A DNA stretch of 64,000 bases. It comes from a virus. The stretch lies in the IMG/VR virus record IMGVR_UViG_3300044617_002308, positions 7,268 through 71,267 of that record, one strand, 5' to 3'. The notes beneath the pieces were generated by a model. That model searched no databases. It was not told the origin of the DNA and worked only from the letters and a program-made list of their open reading frames with translations. Made by a program: the position numbers and the translations under genes. Below, in pieces: positions 50,995 through 60,109 of this stretch; the stretch's first letter is position 1; each line of letters opens with the position of its first letter.

Positions 50995-53665
50995 CTTCCA
51001 TGGCGAGCCGCACGGCGTAGCCGGAAAGCATAAACGCACATTTGTTGCGCTCGCCGCGGAGTTGGCCGTAGTTGAAAGTTTTTGTGCGGCCCTCGTCGGT
51101 TTCGAGGGTGATCACAATGTTCTCGGCGTAGCTGCCGCGCACCGTGTTGAAGAGGAATTCGAGATAGGCTTTTTGTTCGTGCGGGACTCCGAAGTCCATG
51201 AATTGGGTTTGGAAAAAAAGTTTGTTTGGCGAGACGGACAGAAAATTTCCTTCAAATGTTTCGGCAGGTTGGAATTCGTCTCGGTTGATGTCCTTGGAGT
51301 CGATGACGACCAGGTTGCCGTCCTCGGTTTGGCCGACGATGCGGGGATCGATGGCCGAGAGTTTTGTGGTGCTGATGAGCCCCGGCCAGGTGATCGGGCC
51401 GGAAAAGCCCTTTGTTTCGTAGTCGAACAGGAAACCGGCGAGGCGGGTGGTCCCGTCGATCTTGCACGGCAGCCACACCCAGACGAGTTGGTTCGTGAGA
51501 TCGCCGGCCACATTGGCGCGCCAGGGGTTGCGCTCCAGTTCGGCTATGTCCGCAAAGGAGCGGATGAATTCCCAACTCGCCGCGCTGGCGATGTTGCTTT
51601 TGAGCGCTTGCTGGTTGGACATTTCGTAAAGCACGCCGTCCGCGCCAAGGTATGGGGAAATGTGGTGGCTCCAGCTTGTGGCGGCGGCGGGGTTCATCGC
51701 GCCGAAGTCCGAGCGAGAAAACGCGCGAACAAAAGTAGATCCATGAATGAGCGTGATGCCGCGGGAAGTGTGAACCTGGAGGCGTTGCTCCATGGCTTTG
51801 AGGTGCGTCACCTTGGCGTTGCTGCCCTCTTCCTTGCGCGCGGGCATGTCGATGTATTTTTTGGAAAGGTTGAAACCCTCGGGGAGGAGTTCGGTTTTGT
51901 GGACGGGCTGGGAATACCAGATGCGCGTCGGATTCGCCGGGTTGCCGCTGGCAAAAATTTTCCCCTCGCAGAGTTCAAACATCGTGCAAGGCGGGAGGCG
52001 ATTGATATCGGTGCCGTCGAAAAAGATTGAGTCGTTGGTGAGTTGGCGTGGAAGCGAGGCTCGGAATGTTGCGCCGGGAGCATTGTTGCATTCGCCGAGG
52101 AGGAGCCAGGTGTTCGCGGGAAGGCCGTTGGTTTGGTTTGGGGTGGGCTGGCGATACCACACGCGGAATTTCGAGTAGCGGGCAAATTCTCCAGCGGTGT
52201 TGCTGCCGGGTATGATTGTTTTAATGTCTGAAGTTCTGATTCTCGTTGGAATGCTCAAGCCAGAGCTAAAACCAAGCCCATTCACCCCAGGATCGAAAAA
52301 ACTGGTAGCAATTTCTCCGGTGCCCTCCAGCGGGTCTTCAGTTCGAGTTCCAGTGCCGAGGCCGCCTGTAAGCGCTGTTGCGGCCAAGTCACCAATTGCT
52401 GGCGCTCCGCCTGGCGATAGCGATTGCAACTGCACTGTAAGAATACCTTGAATCACTTCATCGCGATCAATGTATTCAATAATTTTATCACTCGTAGTCG
52501 AGCCGACTCCATAAACCGTATAAATGAGCGGACTAGCGGCTGTCCCTTCTCCCGAACGGCTAGAGCTAAGTGTTGCACCTGCGGAAACAAAAGCTATGCG
52601 CAGATGGTTTCCAGTTTCCCCAAGAAACGAGACTCCGGCGGTCGCCTTGAGCGTGGTGAAAATGTCAGTGGTGCCGTTGATCGGAGTTTGAGTTGGCTCG
52701 CCCAAATTATTTCCATTTGTTTGAGTCGCAGACATGGTGCGATTGACGCCCGCATCAGAATTTCCAGAAATGTTCGCATCGTATTTGGCTCGCACTCGGT
52801 AGTAGTAAAGTGTGCTAAAACTCAGCCCTTCAAAAGTGTGCGATGTGGCCGATGTGGAAATGGTTGTTGGTGCCGTGAACGCCGAAGTTGCGGATATATC
52901 TACCTCGTATTCGCTGGCCGTATCCGCGGGCGTCCACTTTACCTTGAGCCATGGAGCGGCTGGTGTGCCGGCGATTCCTGTTTCGGAAAGCGGGCGCGGC
53001 GGCGGGTTGTAGCGTTTGCCGGTAAAAACCAAATTCGCTTCAGCTTGGATTGTTGGCGTGATGGTAACGCTTGCGCTGCTCACAATCGGCGCTTCCGGCT
53101 GCGCATCACTCCCCATCGTGCGCAGGCGCATCGATGTTCGGGCATGCTGGTAGATCAGATTTTCATCCACGCCATTGCCCATCACGATCGCGTCGTAGAA
53201 ACGGTAAAAGAACCAGCGCTTGTTTTCGGCCAGGCCTTTTTTGAGGACTTGGATGGTCGTGGTGATGGAGGGCGGTGAGGCGTTCTGGGGAAGGAAATGA
53301 TAGAGGCTTTCAAGCGAGATGTCTTGGTTGCTTGCGGCCAAGTCCACCGCGCAGAAGAGGCCCATGGCCTTGTTGTTTTTGAAGTCGTGGGCAACGAGGA
53401 AGACGGCGGGAGTGTTGTTGGTTCCTTGGGGCTGGCTGATGGAGAGTAGACAGGTTTTATCCACGGCGGGATCGATGCCGAGTTGCGTGGCGTAGGTGCC
53501 GAGCGCGTTGAGGTTCCAAAGTTTTCGGAAGGGCGGCATGCGACTCACTGAGCCGCGCGGGCGCAGGACGACATTCTCGGCAATCCGCAGACTCTGCTCG
53601 CTGGCATCCGTGCTTTCTTCGGAGACATCGATCCCTTTGAAGCGGTTCAGCCGTTTGTATTCCAT
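50921..53665 (-). CDS. Tail nozzle / DNA-stabilisation protein (P22 gp10/T7 gp12-like) with an FN3 insertion
   Basis: N-terminal FKGID...AENV...GSVSR, beta-propeller-like body, position after MCP and adaptor, FN3 signature (LKVKW...Y.V...GL...TLYYYRVRA). Confidence 0.7.
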   Translation of the reverse strand: MEYKRLNRFKGIDVSEESTDASEQSLRIAENVVLRPRGSVSRMPPFRKLWNLNALGTYATQLGIDPAVDKTCLLSISQPQGTNNTPAVFLVAHDFKNNKAMGLFCAVDLAASNQDISLESLYHFLPQNASPPSITTTIQVLKKGLAENKRWFFYRFYDAIVMGNGVDENLIYQHARTSMRLRTMGSDAQPEAPIVSSASVTITPTIQAEANLVFTGKRYNPPPRPLSETGIAGTPAAPWLKVKWTPADTASEYEVDISATSAFTAPTTISTSATSHTFEGLSFSTLYYYRVRAKYDANISGNSDAGVNRTMSATQTNGNNLGEPTQTPINGTTDIFTTLKATAGVSFLGETGNHLRIAFVSAGATLSSSRSGEGTAASPLIYTVYGVGSTTSDKIIEYIDRDEVIQGILTVQLQSLSPGGAPAIGDLAATALTGGLGTGTRTEDPLEGTGEIATSFFDPGVNGLGFSSGLSIPTRIRTSDIKTIIPGSNTAGEFARYSKFRVWYRQPTPNQTNGLPANTWLLLGECNNAPGATFRASLPRQLTNDSIFFDGTDINRLPPCTMFELCEGKIFASGNPANPTRIWYSQPVHKTELLPEGFNLSKKYIDMPARKEEGSNAKVTHLKAMEQRLQVHTSRGITLIHGSTFVRAFSRSDFGAMNPAAATSWSHHISPYLGADGVLYEMSNQQALKSNIASAASWEFIRSFADIAELERNPWRANVAGDLTNQLVWVWLPCKIDGTTRLAGFLFDYETKGFSGPITWPGLISTTKLSAIDPRIVGQTEDGNLVVIDSKDINRDEFQPAETFEGNFLSVSPNKLFFQTQFMDFGVPHEQKAYLEFLFNTVRGSYAENIVITLETDEGRTKTFNYGQLRGERNKCAFMLSGYAVRLAMEVTLSANRPFVLRDAVLGYDRQKTR

Positions 53666-53678
53666 GAGAGAGAAAGTA

Positions 53679-54881
53679 TCAGTAAACGATACGAACGCGG
53701 CCCACGCTGATGGGTTGGGGCTTGAGCTTGGCGAGGATTTGCCAGGCTTCGTCGTATTGAGTTTTGTATTCGTTGCCTTGGTTGCCGAGGTTCACATGTT
53801 TCCAAGTGGAAAACTGGTAGCGGAGGATCGGGAGAAAAACCGAGTGCGCGTAATTCTGCGGGATAGGAATTTCCGTGGTGGTGTTGAGCGCGGTGATCTC
53901 TGGCGCACCGAGGCGGACATCGAAACGCAGGGCGTATTCTTTGTCGGGAAGCGGCGAGACGCGCAGGCGCAGGGTGGTTTTGCCGGAGGCGCGGCGGTAG
54001 TTTTCTACATAGAAACCTACCGGCACATCGATGTCGCGGTTCTCAGCGATGACGGTGGAGCCCGGGCCGACAACAGTATCGGCGTAGGAGTGGAAGTTGT
54101 AAGCGTCGCTGAAAAGCATGACATCGCGCTGGCTGCGGAGCGGTTTCAACTCATGCTCGCCGTGGATGAGCACGGGCGGGATCACGCTCATCACGGCATC
54201 AGGCAAAATAATGCTGTCCGTGAATAATGTTCCGGTGCCTGCAGTCGTAGTGGTGCCGGCGTAGGGGCGCACCAGCGTGGCGGTTTTTGTCGCCACATCG
54301 TAGGCGGCCAGTTCGTTGTCGAAGGGATCGTCGCCGAGGCGCACGGTTTGGCCAAGCATCGAGGGGTTGAAAACTTCATCGGGGTAAATTGTCTCTTGAG
54401 CAACAGCGGGACTGGGGCTTACTCCAGAGACATTCGTGTATCCGCTAGCCGGAGGCATCGCTGCGCTGCTGGTAACTTGGTAATAATGCGCGATGCGCCA
54501 GATTGTGCCGCCCGAATCTGAATTTATTGAAAGCGGCCCCTTCACCCACACGGGCTTTCCGTCCACAGTAGTGTTGTGGAGCGTGTAAACTCCGTTCGCA
54601 GCGGCTGTGCCAGCACCGCTCACGATTAAATTGCCGGTTGGCACCTGCACCTGAATTGAAGATGAGCCTTTCGTAAGCGGGAATCCGCTGATCGGCTGCG
54701 GCCCGCGGAGCACGCCGCCGCTTTTGCCCGCGCTCCACCAAGGTGAGGCCATCGTCCAGATTTTTTGGAGGACGAGGTTGATGTCGCTCTGGATGCGGCG
54801 GAGGATCGAGTCGCTGGCGTGGGCCGGGTCTTCGATGCCGATCATGCTTAACAGATCGTCGCGGGCTTCGGCGCTGGTCAT
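53679..54881 (-). CDS. Head-tail adaptor-like protein with an inserted domain
   Basis: Helical N-terminus (ILRRIQSDINLVLQKIW...WW), LRVSPLPDKEY and PIPQNY C-terminal pattern; AT-richer insertion near 54400-54680. Confidence 0.6.
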   Translation of the reverse strand: MTSAEARDDLLSMIGIEDPAHASDSILRRIQSDINLVLQKIWTMASPWWSAGKSGGVLRGPQPISGFPLTKGSSSIQVQVPTGNLIVSGAGTAAANGVYTLHNTTVDGKPVWVKGPLSINSDSGGTIWRIAHYYQVTSSAAMPPASGYTNVSGVSPSPAVAQETIYPDEVFNPSMLGQTVRLGDDPFDNELAAYDVATKTATLVRPYAGTTTTAGTGTLFTDSIILPDAVMSVIPPVLIHGEHELKPLRSQRDVMLFSDAYNFHSYADTVVGPGSTVIAENRDIDVPVGFYVENYRRASGKTTLRLRVSPLPDKEYALRFDVRLGAPEITALNTTTEIPIPQNYAHSVFLPILRYQFSTWKHVNLGNQGNEYKTQYDEAWQILAKLKPQPISVGRVRIVY

Positions 54882-55288
54882 TGGTCGATGGGTTCCTTGT
54901 GGGCGGGTTTACGCCGGCGTGGGCGGGCGGTTTTTTTGGAGGACTTGGCTTTGGCGAGCGCGGCTTCGAGTTCCGCGACGCGGGCCTCCAGCGCGGGGAC
55001 GAGGCTTTGCTCCTCGCGCTCCTCGCCCTCTTCATAAATAAATTCCAAGTCTGGGATGAGGTGGAAGAACCGGCGGCGGGCGGTGAAGAGATTCTCTTTA
55101 TGTCGCCGGAAGACATCCACCGGCATTCGCAGACAATGCCGGTTGCGGATCGGGCAGAATGTCATCAGCCCGATCTCGCTGCCGTCCGCTCCGGGAACCG
55201 GGAAGACGGGGCTGGTGGGCTGCTCGGTGAGTTCAAGGACGACGACGACTTCCTTGATGCATTTTGGTTTTTCGGTGGTGTTTTCCAT
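54878..55288 (-). CDS. Hypothetical protein
   Basis: 136-aa ORF after the MCP gene. Confidence 0.6.
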   Translation of the reverse strand: MENTTEKPKCIKEVVVVLELTEQPTSPVFPVPGADGSEIGLMTFCPIRNRHCLRMPVDVFRRHKENLFTARRRFFHLIPDLEFIYEEGEEREEQSLVPALEARVAELEAALAKAKSSKKTARPRRRKPAHKEPIDQ

Positions 55289-55323
55289 TGGGGTAAAAAT
55301 ATGGCGGGGCGCTTACCTGACTG

Positions 55324-55351
55324 GAGGGGGCGAGTCGAAACCCGCCCCCTC
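55324..55351 (-). terminator. Strong hairpin downstream of the major capsid gene
   Basis: Minus strand GAGGGGGCGGG-TTTCGA-CTCGCCCCCTC inside a longer CTGACT/AGTCAG stem; no immediate U-tract. Confidence 0.45.
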
Positions 55352-55379
55352 GTTGTCAAGTCAGTTACCCCTAGCTGAC

Positions 55380-56864
55380 TTAAACTGTCGGGAAGCCCGG
55401 GATGGGCAGGGCGCACTCCACGACGGCGTAGCCGCCGACTTGGCCATCGATACGCTCGAAGGCGCGGGAGCCGAAGGTGGTTTCCAGGCCGATGGCGTGA
55501 TCCATGTCGTGGTTGCGGTGCTCTTCCGTGCGCTTGGCGATGGCGGATTTGCCGTCGATCGATCCGTGGCCCATGACTCCGGCCATCTCGCCGAGGGCGA
55601 GGACATAGCCGAAGGGCACGCCGAAGCTGTTGACTTCGACGATGAGCGCGCCTTCGTGGGCGGCGTCAGCAAGGGCAACGCCACCGTAGGAGGCAGAGCC
55701 CCAGGTGATGTTGCCGATCTGGGTGGCTTGGTCGCCGGAGTTCGAGGCACCGAGGCGCTTGAACATGGTGAGCTTGTTGCCGTTGTTCACCTTGTAGGAG
55801 GCAAACATCACTTTTCCGGCGTTGGCACCGGTGTGGTTGAGGATCGCGACGAAACGCTCGGTCGAGGCATCCGCGGCGCGCTTCTGGCCTTCGCAACCCA
55901 CAATGGGCGAGTTGGAGAAGTAGCCGAAGAATTGCACGTCGGTATCAGCCGCGTTCGCGCTGGAACCGCCGCCTTTGATGTCCGTGGCGCTGGTGCCGCT
56001 GGCAATCGCGTTGCCGAGGTAGGCACGGGCGACGAGCGGGCAGCCCGCGGGAGCGAGGTCTTCAGGGTCTTCGACATTCCACTGGTAAATGGCGTTGCCA
56101 TTCCAGGGTGTGATGTCGCCCGTGAAGAGGGAGTTTTCAGAACCGCGGACTTCGGCGTTGTAGGCTGCCTCCAAGTAGGTGGAGGAGTTTTTGAGCGCCT
56201 CCATGGCAAACTGGGTGCCGAGGAAGGTGAACATGCGGATGTCCGCTCCGGCATTGCTCTTGGCGAGCTTGACGGGTTTCGCGCCGAGGCTCGTCAGCGT
56301 GGCTTGGCCACGGAGGACGGTGCTGGTGCTGAACACGTCAGCGGTGCGGAGCGCATCGCGGGTGCCCTTGTTGTTCGGGCGCACGGTGTTGCGGGCGTTT
56401 GAGCGGACGAGGAGTTCGAGCAGCATGTCGTCGGTTTTCTTGATACCGAGGTTGCGCTGGAGGAACTGGCTCGCGGCGCGATCCCACTTGGAACCGATCA
56501 CCGTCTCGTTGAGGGCCACGCTGTTGATGGCGAAACCATCCCACCAGCGTCCGATCTTGAAGTCGAAGTCTTTGGGGACGAGTTTCTTTTCCTTACCGAT
56601 GCGGTCGCCGCTACCTTGGACGCCGCCGCCGCGCGCTCCGCCGACGAGGGGGAGGACGACTCGGTTGCCCGCGGTGACGCGGAGGTCGGAATGTTCGATG
56701 AACGCCTTGCCGGAGCCGAGAGGCCCGACGAGGTAGCGATAGAGCTCGCTGTAGTCGTTGGATTTGCGGATCGCAAGCTCACCCCAGGCGACGCGTTGCG
56801 CCTCCGGGGAGCGAGCCAGCACTTCCGCCACTGTCTGTGCGTTGATTTTTTCGTAACTAGCCAT
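55380..56864 (-). CDS. Major capsid protein (N4-gp56/DUF4043-like)
   Basis: W...IEHSDL...AGNRVVLPLV...GGGVQG....GKEKKL pattern; strongly biased codon use; follows the scaffold gene. Confidence 0.85.
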   Translation of the reverse strand: MASYEKINAQTVAEVLARSPEAQRVAWGELAIRKSNDYSELYRYLVGPLGSGKAFIEHSDLRVTAGNRVVLPLVGGARGGGVQGSGDRIGKEKKLVPKDFDFKIGRWWDGFAINSVALNETVIGSKWDRAASQFLQRNLGIKKTDDMLLELLVRSNARNTVRPNNKGTRDALRTADVFSTSTVLRGQATLTSLGAKPVKLAKSNAGADIRMFTFLGTQFAMEALKNSSTYLEAAYNAEVRGSENSLFTGDITPWNGNAIYQWNVEDPEDLAPAGCPLVARAYLGNAIASGTSATDIKGGGSSANAADTDVQFFGYFSNSPIVGCEGQKRAADASTERFVAILNHTGANAGKVMFASYKVNNGNKLTMFKRLGASNSGDQATQIGNITWGSASYGGVALADAAHEGALIVEVNSFGVPFGYVLALGEMAGVMGHGSIDGKSAIAKRTEEHRNHDMDHAIGLETTFGSRAFERIDGQVGGYAVVECALPIPGFPTV

Positions 56865-56883
56865 TGTGGTTGTGTGGTTGTGT

Positions 56884-56902
56884 TTGTCGATTGTCTCGGC
56901 AA
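56884..56902 (-). promoter_or_regulatory. 19-bp box upstream of the MCP gene
   Basis: + strand ttgtcgattgtctcggcaa, 19 nt before ATG 56864. Confidence 0.75.
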
Positions 56903-56977
56903 ACTAGGTTTTTGGTTGTGTGGTGCGGTCGGGCGGCTGGCCTGCGGGAGATCGCGGGGGAGCGGAGAGGGAGTCCT

Positions 56978-58171
56978 TTAGATGCGCAGCAGGACATCGC
57001 GTCCTGACATGCCGTATAAAGCTTCCTCGATCGCGGCGAGGTCTTCCTGGCTGGCTTCCCGAACCATTTGGCCCATTTGGGCCGGGTTGAGGGTGCTCAT
57101 GTCGGGTTGTGCGGTCCGGGCCGTCGCAGCTACGGGCAGCGCGCGCATCGTGGGAACGGGCGGCGCGGTCGGGAGCGGCGGGGCTTCGCTTGTCTTTTGG
57201 ACTGGTGGTTTGGGTTGTGCCACCGGGGCCTTTGGTTGGTGCTTGGGCGGCTCCCGACGGGGAGCCACGGGCACACGGGCCTCTGGCGGCAAAAGGATGT
57301 TCGCTTTGGAGAAAATGAGTTCCGGCGCGTTGGGCGCGGAGAGATCGGGATGGTTCTGCGCCTGGTATTGCTCGATGAGTTGGCTCATCGCGCGGCCGAT
57401 CGGGGTGTTCGCGTCACCGGCCTCCGGGCAGATGTCGAGCACACGGGCGCGGCTTTCGGCCATGCTGGCGAGGAGTTGCTCGCGGTGGCTGGCGGCTTGG
57501 CGGGCGGCGTTGTCGGCCTCGCGCTCTTGGTGGATACGGGCTTCGGCCTGTTCCACGGCGTGCTGGGAAAGCAGGCGGGCGTGTTCTTTGGTGAGTTCGG
57601 CGATCTTTGCCGTGAAGAGCCCTTCGTTTGCCCCTTCCTCTTCCAGGGCGGCTTCCAGCGCCTCGATCTTCTCGGCGGTGGTGGGTTCGGGATCGCCTTC
57701 GGGCTCTGACTCGGTGGCGGCGTCCTCGGCTGGGAGATCATAGCCGAGGCGCACCTTGGCCATGGCGAGCGCGGTATCGAGGAAGATGTCGGGGTTGCGC
57801 TCGCGGATCTCGGCGGCGAGGCGCTCGTAGTCCTGCCAACCGGCTCGGGGATCGTAGGCCTCCTCGGCGGGTTGTTCTTCGTAGGCCTCCTCGGCGGCGG
57901 GCTCTTCCTCGCCTTCGGAGGCCGGGGAGTCCTCGGAGTATTCGTCCAGGGTTTCGGGCTCCGGCTCCCCGGCCTCGCTGGGTTCGGGAGAGTTGTCATC
58001 AGCGGCGGGCGCTTCGGCGGGGGTTTCGGGCGCGGGACTCGCGGGCTGGGGTTCGGCCTCAGCCTGCGGGGCGGCAGGTGTGGTGGGCACATCCACTCCG
58101 GTGGCAGCGGCTTCGAGAGCGGCTTCCAGCGTGGCGGTGTCCACATTTGCGAACGAGTCGGTGGTTGTCAT
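56978..58171 (-). CDS. Capsid scaffolding protein
   Basis: Acidic E/P/A-rich N-terminus and coiled coil, directly upstream of the MCP gene. Confidence 0.75.
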   Translation of the reverse strand: MTTTDSFANVDTATLEAALEAAATGVDVPTTPAAPQAEAEPQPASPAPETPAEAPAADDNSPEPSEAGEPEPETLDEYSEDSPASEGEEEPAAEEAYEEQPAEEAYDPRAGWQDYERLAAEIRERNPDIFLDTALAMAKVRLGYDLPAEDAATESEPEGDPEPTTAEKIEALEAALEEEGANEGLFTAKIAELTKEHARLLSQHAVEQAEARIHQEREADNAARQAASHREQLLASMAESRARVLDICPEAGDANTPIGRAMSQLIEQYQAQNHPDLSAPNAPELIFSKANILLPPEARVPVAPRREPPKHQPKAPVAQPKPPVQKTSEAPPLPTAPPVPTMRALPVAATARTAQPDMSTLNPAQMGQMVREASQEDLAAIEEALYGMSGRDVLLRI

Positions 58172-58200
58172 CAACGCCCTCTTTACGGGCGTCAAGCAAA

Positions 58201-58219
58201 TTGTCTAATGTTTCGGCAG
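58201..58219 (-). promoter_or_regulatory. 19-bp box upstream of the scaffold gene
   Basis: + strand ttgtctaatgtttcggcag. Confidence 0.65.
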
Positions 58220-59213
58220 TCACTTTTTGCGCCATTTTTCAGTCAATGGTTTTGTTGGTAACTGTCGCCGCATGACAGTTTCGCGCGTGTTGAGGTGCCA
58301 GCTTGGAACCTCAAGCCAAACGCTACAACCGCTACAAACGCTACAAACGCGCGGTGTAGGGTTTGCCCTGGGTGTATGGAAAATGCGAAGGGAAAAGTGG
58401 CTTTTCGCCGACAATTGGGGAAGTGGGCGAGCGGCGACAATTGGGCCGCTTCGTGCGGCACTATTCCGGTTTAATGTGGCGCGATGTTTACCGAATGCGC
58501 CACTATTCACTCATGAGTAAGAAAACTCGCGTCCGGTAAAAACAAAGTGCATACACTTGTGAAGAAGTGTATGCGGTTTGTAGCGCTTTCCGCGTCGGTG
58601 CGCGAATAGAATACCGCAAGGTAAAAGGTTTTATCTTGCGGTTTTTACGCTGGCCGTGAATAGAAAACGGCCAAGATAGACAGTCATTTTGTTTATAGGG
58701 AATCGTCAGATTCCGTGCCGGGTATTGTCAGAAAAACGCCTACATTTTTCCGACACAATGCTCATAGAATTTACGCTGTTGGTGAAGGCTGGCTTGAGGT
58801 TTGCATTAAAAAGTATGCGGTTGGGGGTATAAATTTGAGATATACGGCAAAAGGTATATCCGGCGTGGTATAGCGCGGAGCGCTATGGATCGGGCGCGGC
58901 AATTACTAACTAACTACCAACTCATGCGAAATTGGTAGTTTGAAATTTTAGTTTGAACGGGCGGCTGGAAACCAAGCGGTTTTCGGTTTGCGGGCGCGGA
59001 ATGTTCTGGGCGGGGAGGGCTTGGAAAAGTTTGTGCCTACTATCAGAGAATTTTTGCGGTTTTCTGGAGATAGTAGGTTCGGGGAGTTGTAAACCACTGA
59101 TGAACACTGATGCACACTGATAGGGGCGGCTGGCGGGGCGGAATTTTCTTTTTTGGCAAAGAAAGTTTGCGTTTCGGGCGGTTTTTGGAAAGAAAAAGAA
59201 ACTATCTTTTCTT
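58220..59213. repeat. AT-richer non-coding region with short direct and inverted repeats
   Basis: cgctacaa x3 (58321-58349); cgacaattggg x2; several hairpins; cactgat x3 (59091-59121). Confidence 0.6.
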
Positions 59214-59444
59214 TCAAGGCTCGCGGTCGCCGAAGATCGGGCCGAAGATGTCCCGGAAAAGCGGATCGCGAGGAAGTGTTTTGCGGGTGGTGCGTTGCGC
59301 GGACTCGCGCCCGAAGGTTTCGCCGCGATCCCAGGCTTGATCGAATATCTTGCGCAGGCCGCGGGCGGAGAGCGTGACATTGCCATCGCCGTCGAAACTT
59401 GGATTGCGCTCCACAAATTTGGCCCAGAGTTCGGATCGCGTCAC
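59214..59444 (-). CDS. Hypothetical protein
   Basis: 76-aa ORF, last of the operon. Confidence 0.6.
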   Translation of the reverse strand: MTRSELWAKFVERNPSFDGDGNVTLSARGLRKIFDQAWDRGETFGRESAQRTTRKTLPRDPLFRDIFGPIFGDREP

Positions 59445-59830
59445 AGGAGTTTAGTGGTTGGCGGGCTAACTTCGCTCGAATTCAGTCCGCATTTGTTTAT
59501 CGTTTTTGATAACTTGTGTGGAGTCGTTTTCCCGCTCGGGAGCTTTTGGGCATTTTTGCGGGGCCGGCGGGGCGGTTTTTCCTGCTCGGGAAGGCGGCGG
59601 TAGCCATCCACCCACAAGATGCGCGCCAAGTTCACGGCATCGCGGGCCACCGTCTCCTCATCATGGTGCGGTTGCAGGGCGTGCAGACTCTCATGCAAGA
59701 GAACTTCCAGGTGCTCTTCGCCTTCCAAGCGCTCGTCCAACTCAATGACATTGAGCGCGGGGAGGAATTGCCCGCGCGCCTGTTCCCGGCCGAGCTTGCG
59801 GTAGCGAATTTGGAGGCTCTTGCGCGGCAT
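59441..59830 (-). CDS. Small HExxH zincin-like protein
   Basis: IELDERL...LEVLLHESLHAL...EETV. Confidence 0.7.
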   Translation of the reverse strand: MPRKSLQIRYRKLGREQARGQFLPALNVIELDERLEGEEHLEVLLHESLHALQPHHDEETVARDAVNLARILWVDGYRRLPEQEKPPRRPRKNAQKLPSGKTTPHKLSKTINKCGLNSSEVSPPTTKLL

Positions 59831-59839
59831 GAGTGTGAA

Positions 59840-60109
59840 CTAGAGTTTCGGGCGGTAAACCCAAGCCGCGCGTGCGCCATGATTGGTGGGGAGTCGGGTT
59901 TTTTTCTGTTCAAACTTGCCGGACTCGGCGTTGCGCGAGCAAAGCGTGCGGGCAGCGTTAATGGTTGTCCCAAGAGTTTCGGCGATTTCTTGCGGAGTCC
60001 GCCAGCCTTCGGCTCGGAGTTTTTTGGGATCATCCAGCTTTTGGGAATCGAAAAAGGCTCCCCAAGCGGCGTCGAGTTTTGAGGCGGCAGGCGCGGGTTT
60101 TCTCTTCAT
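59840..60109 (-). CDS. Small winged-HTH protein
   Basis: GWRTPQEIAETLG...ARTL...GKFE. Confidence 0.65.
   Translation of the reverse strand: MKRKPAPAASKLDAAWGAFFDSQKLDDPKKLRAEGWRTPQEIAETLGTTINAARTLCSRNAESGKFEQKKTRLPTNHGARAAWVYRPKL

Noticed and set aside
58300-59130. CRISPR array
   Set aside because: Repeats are 8-11 nt, adjacent or irregular, with no constant-length spacers and no cas genes.
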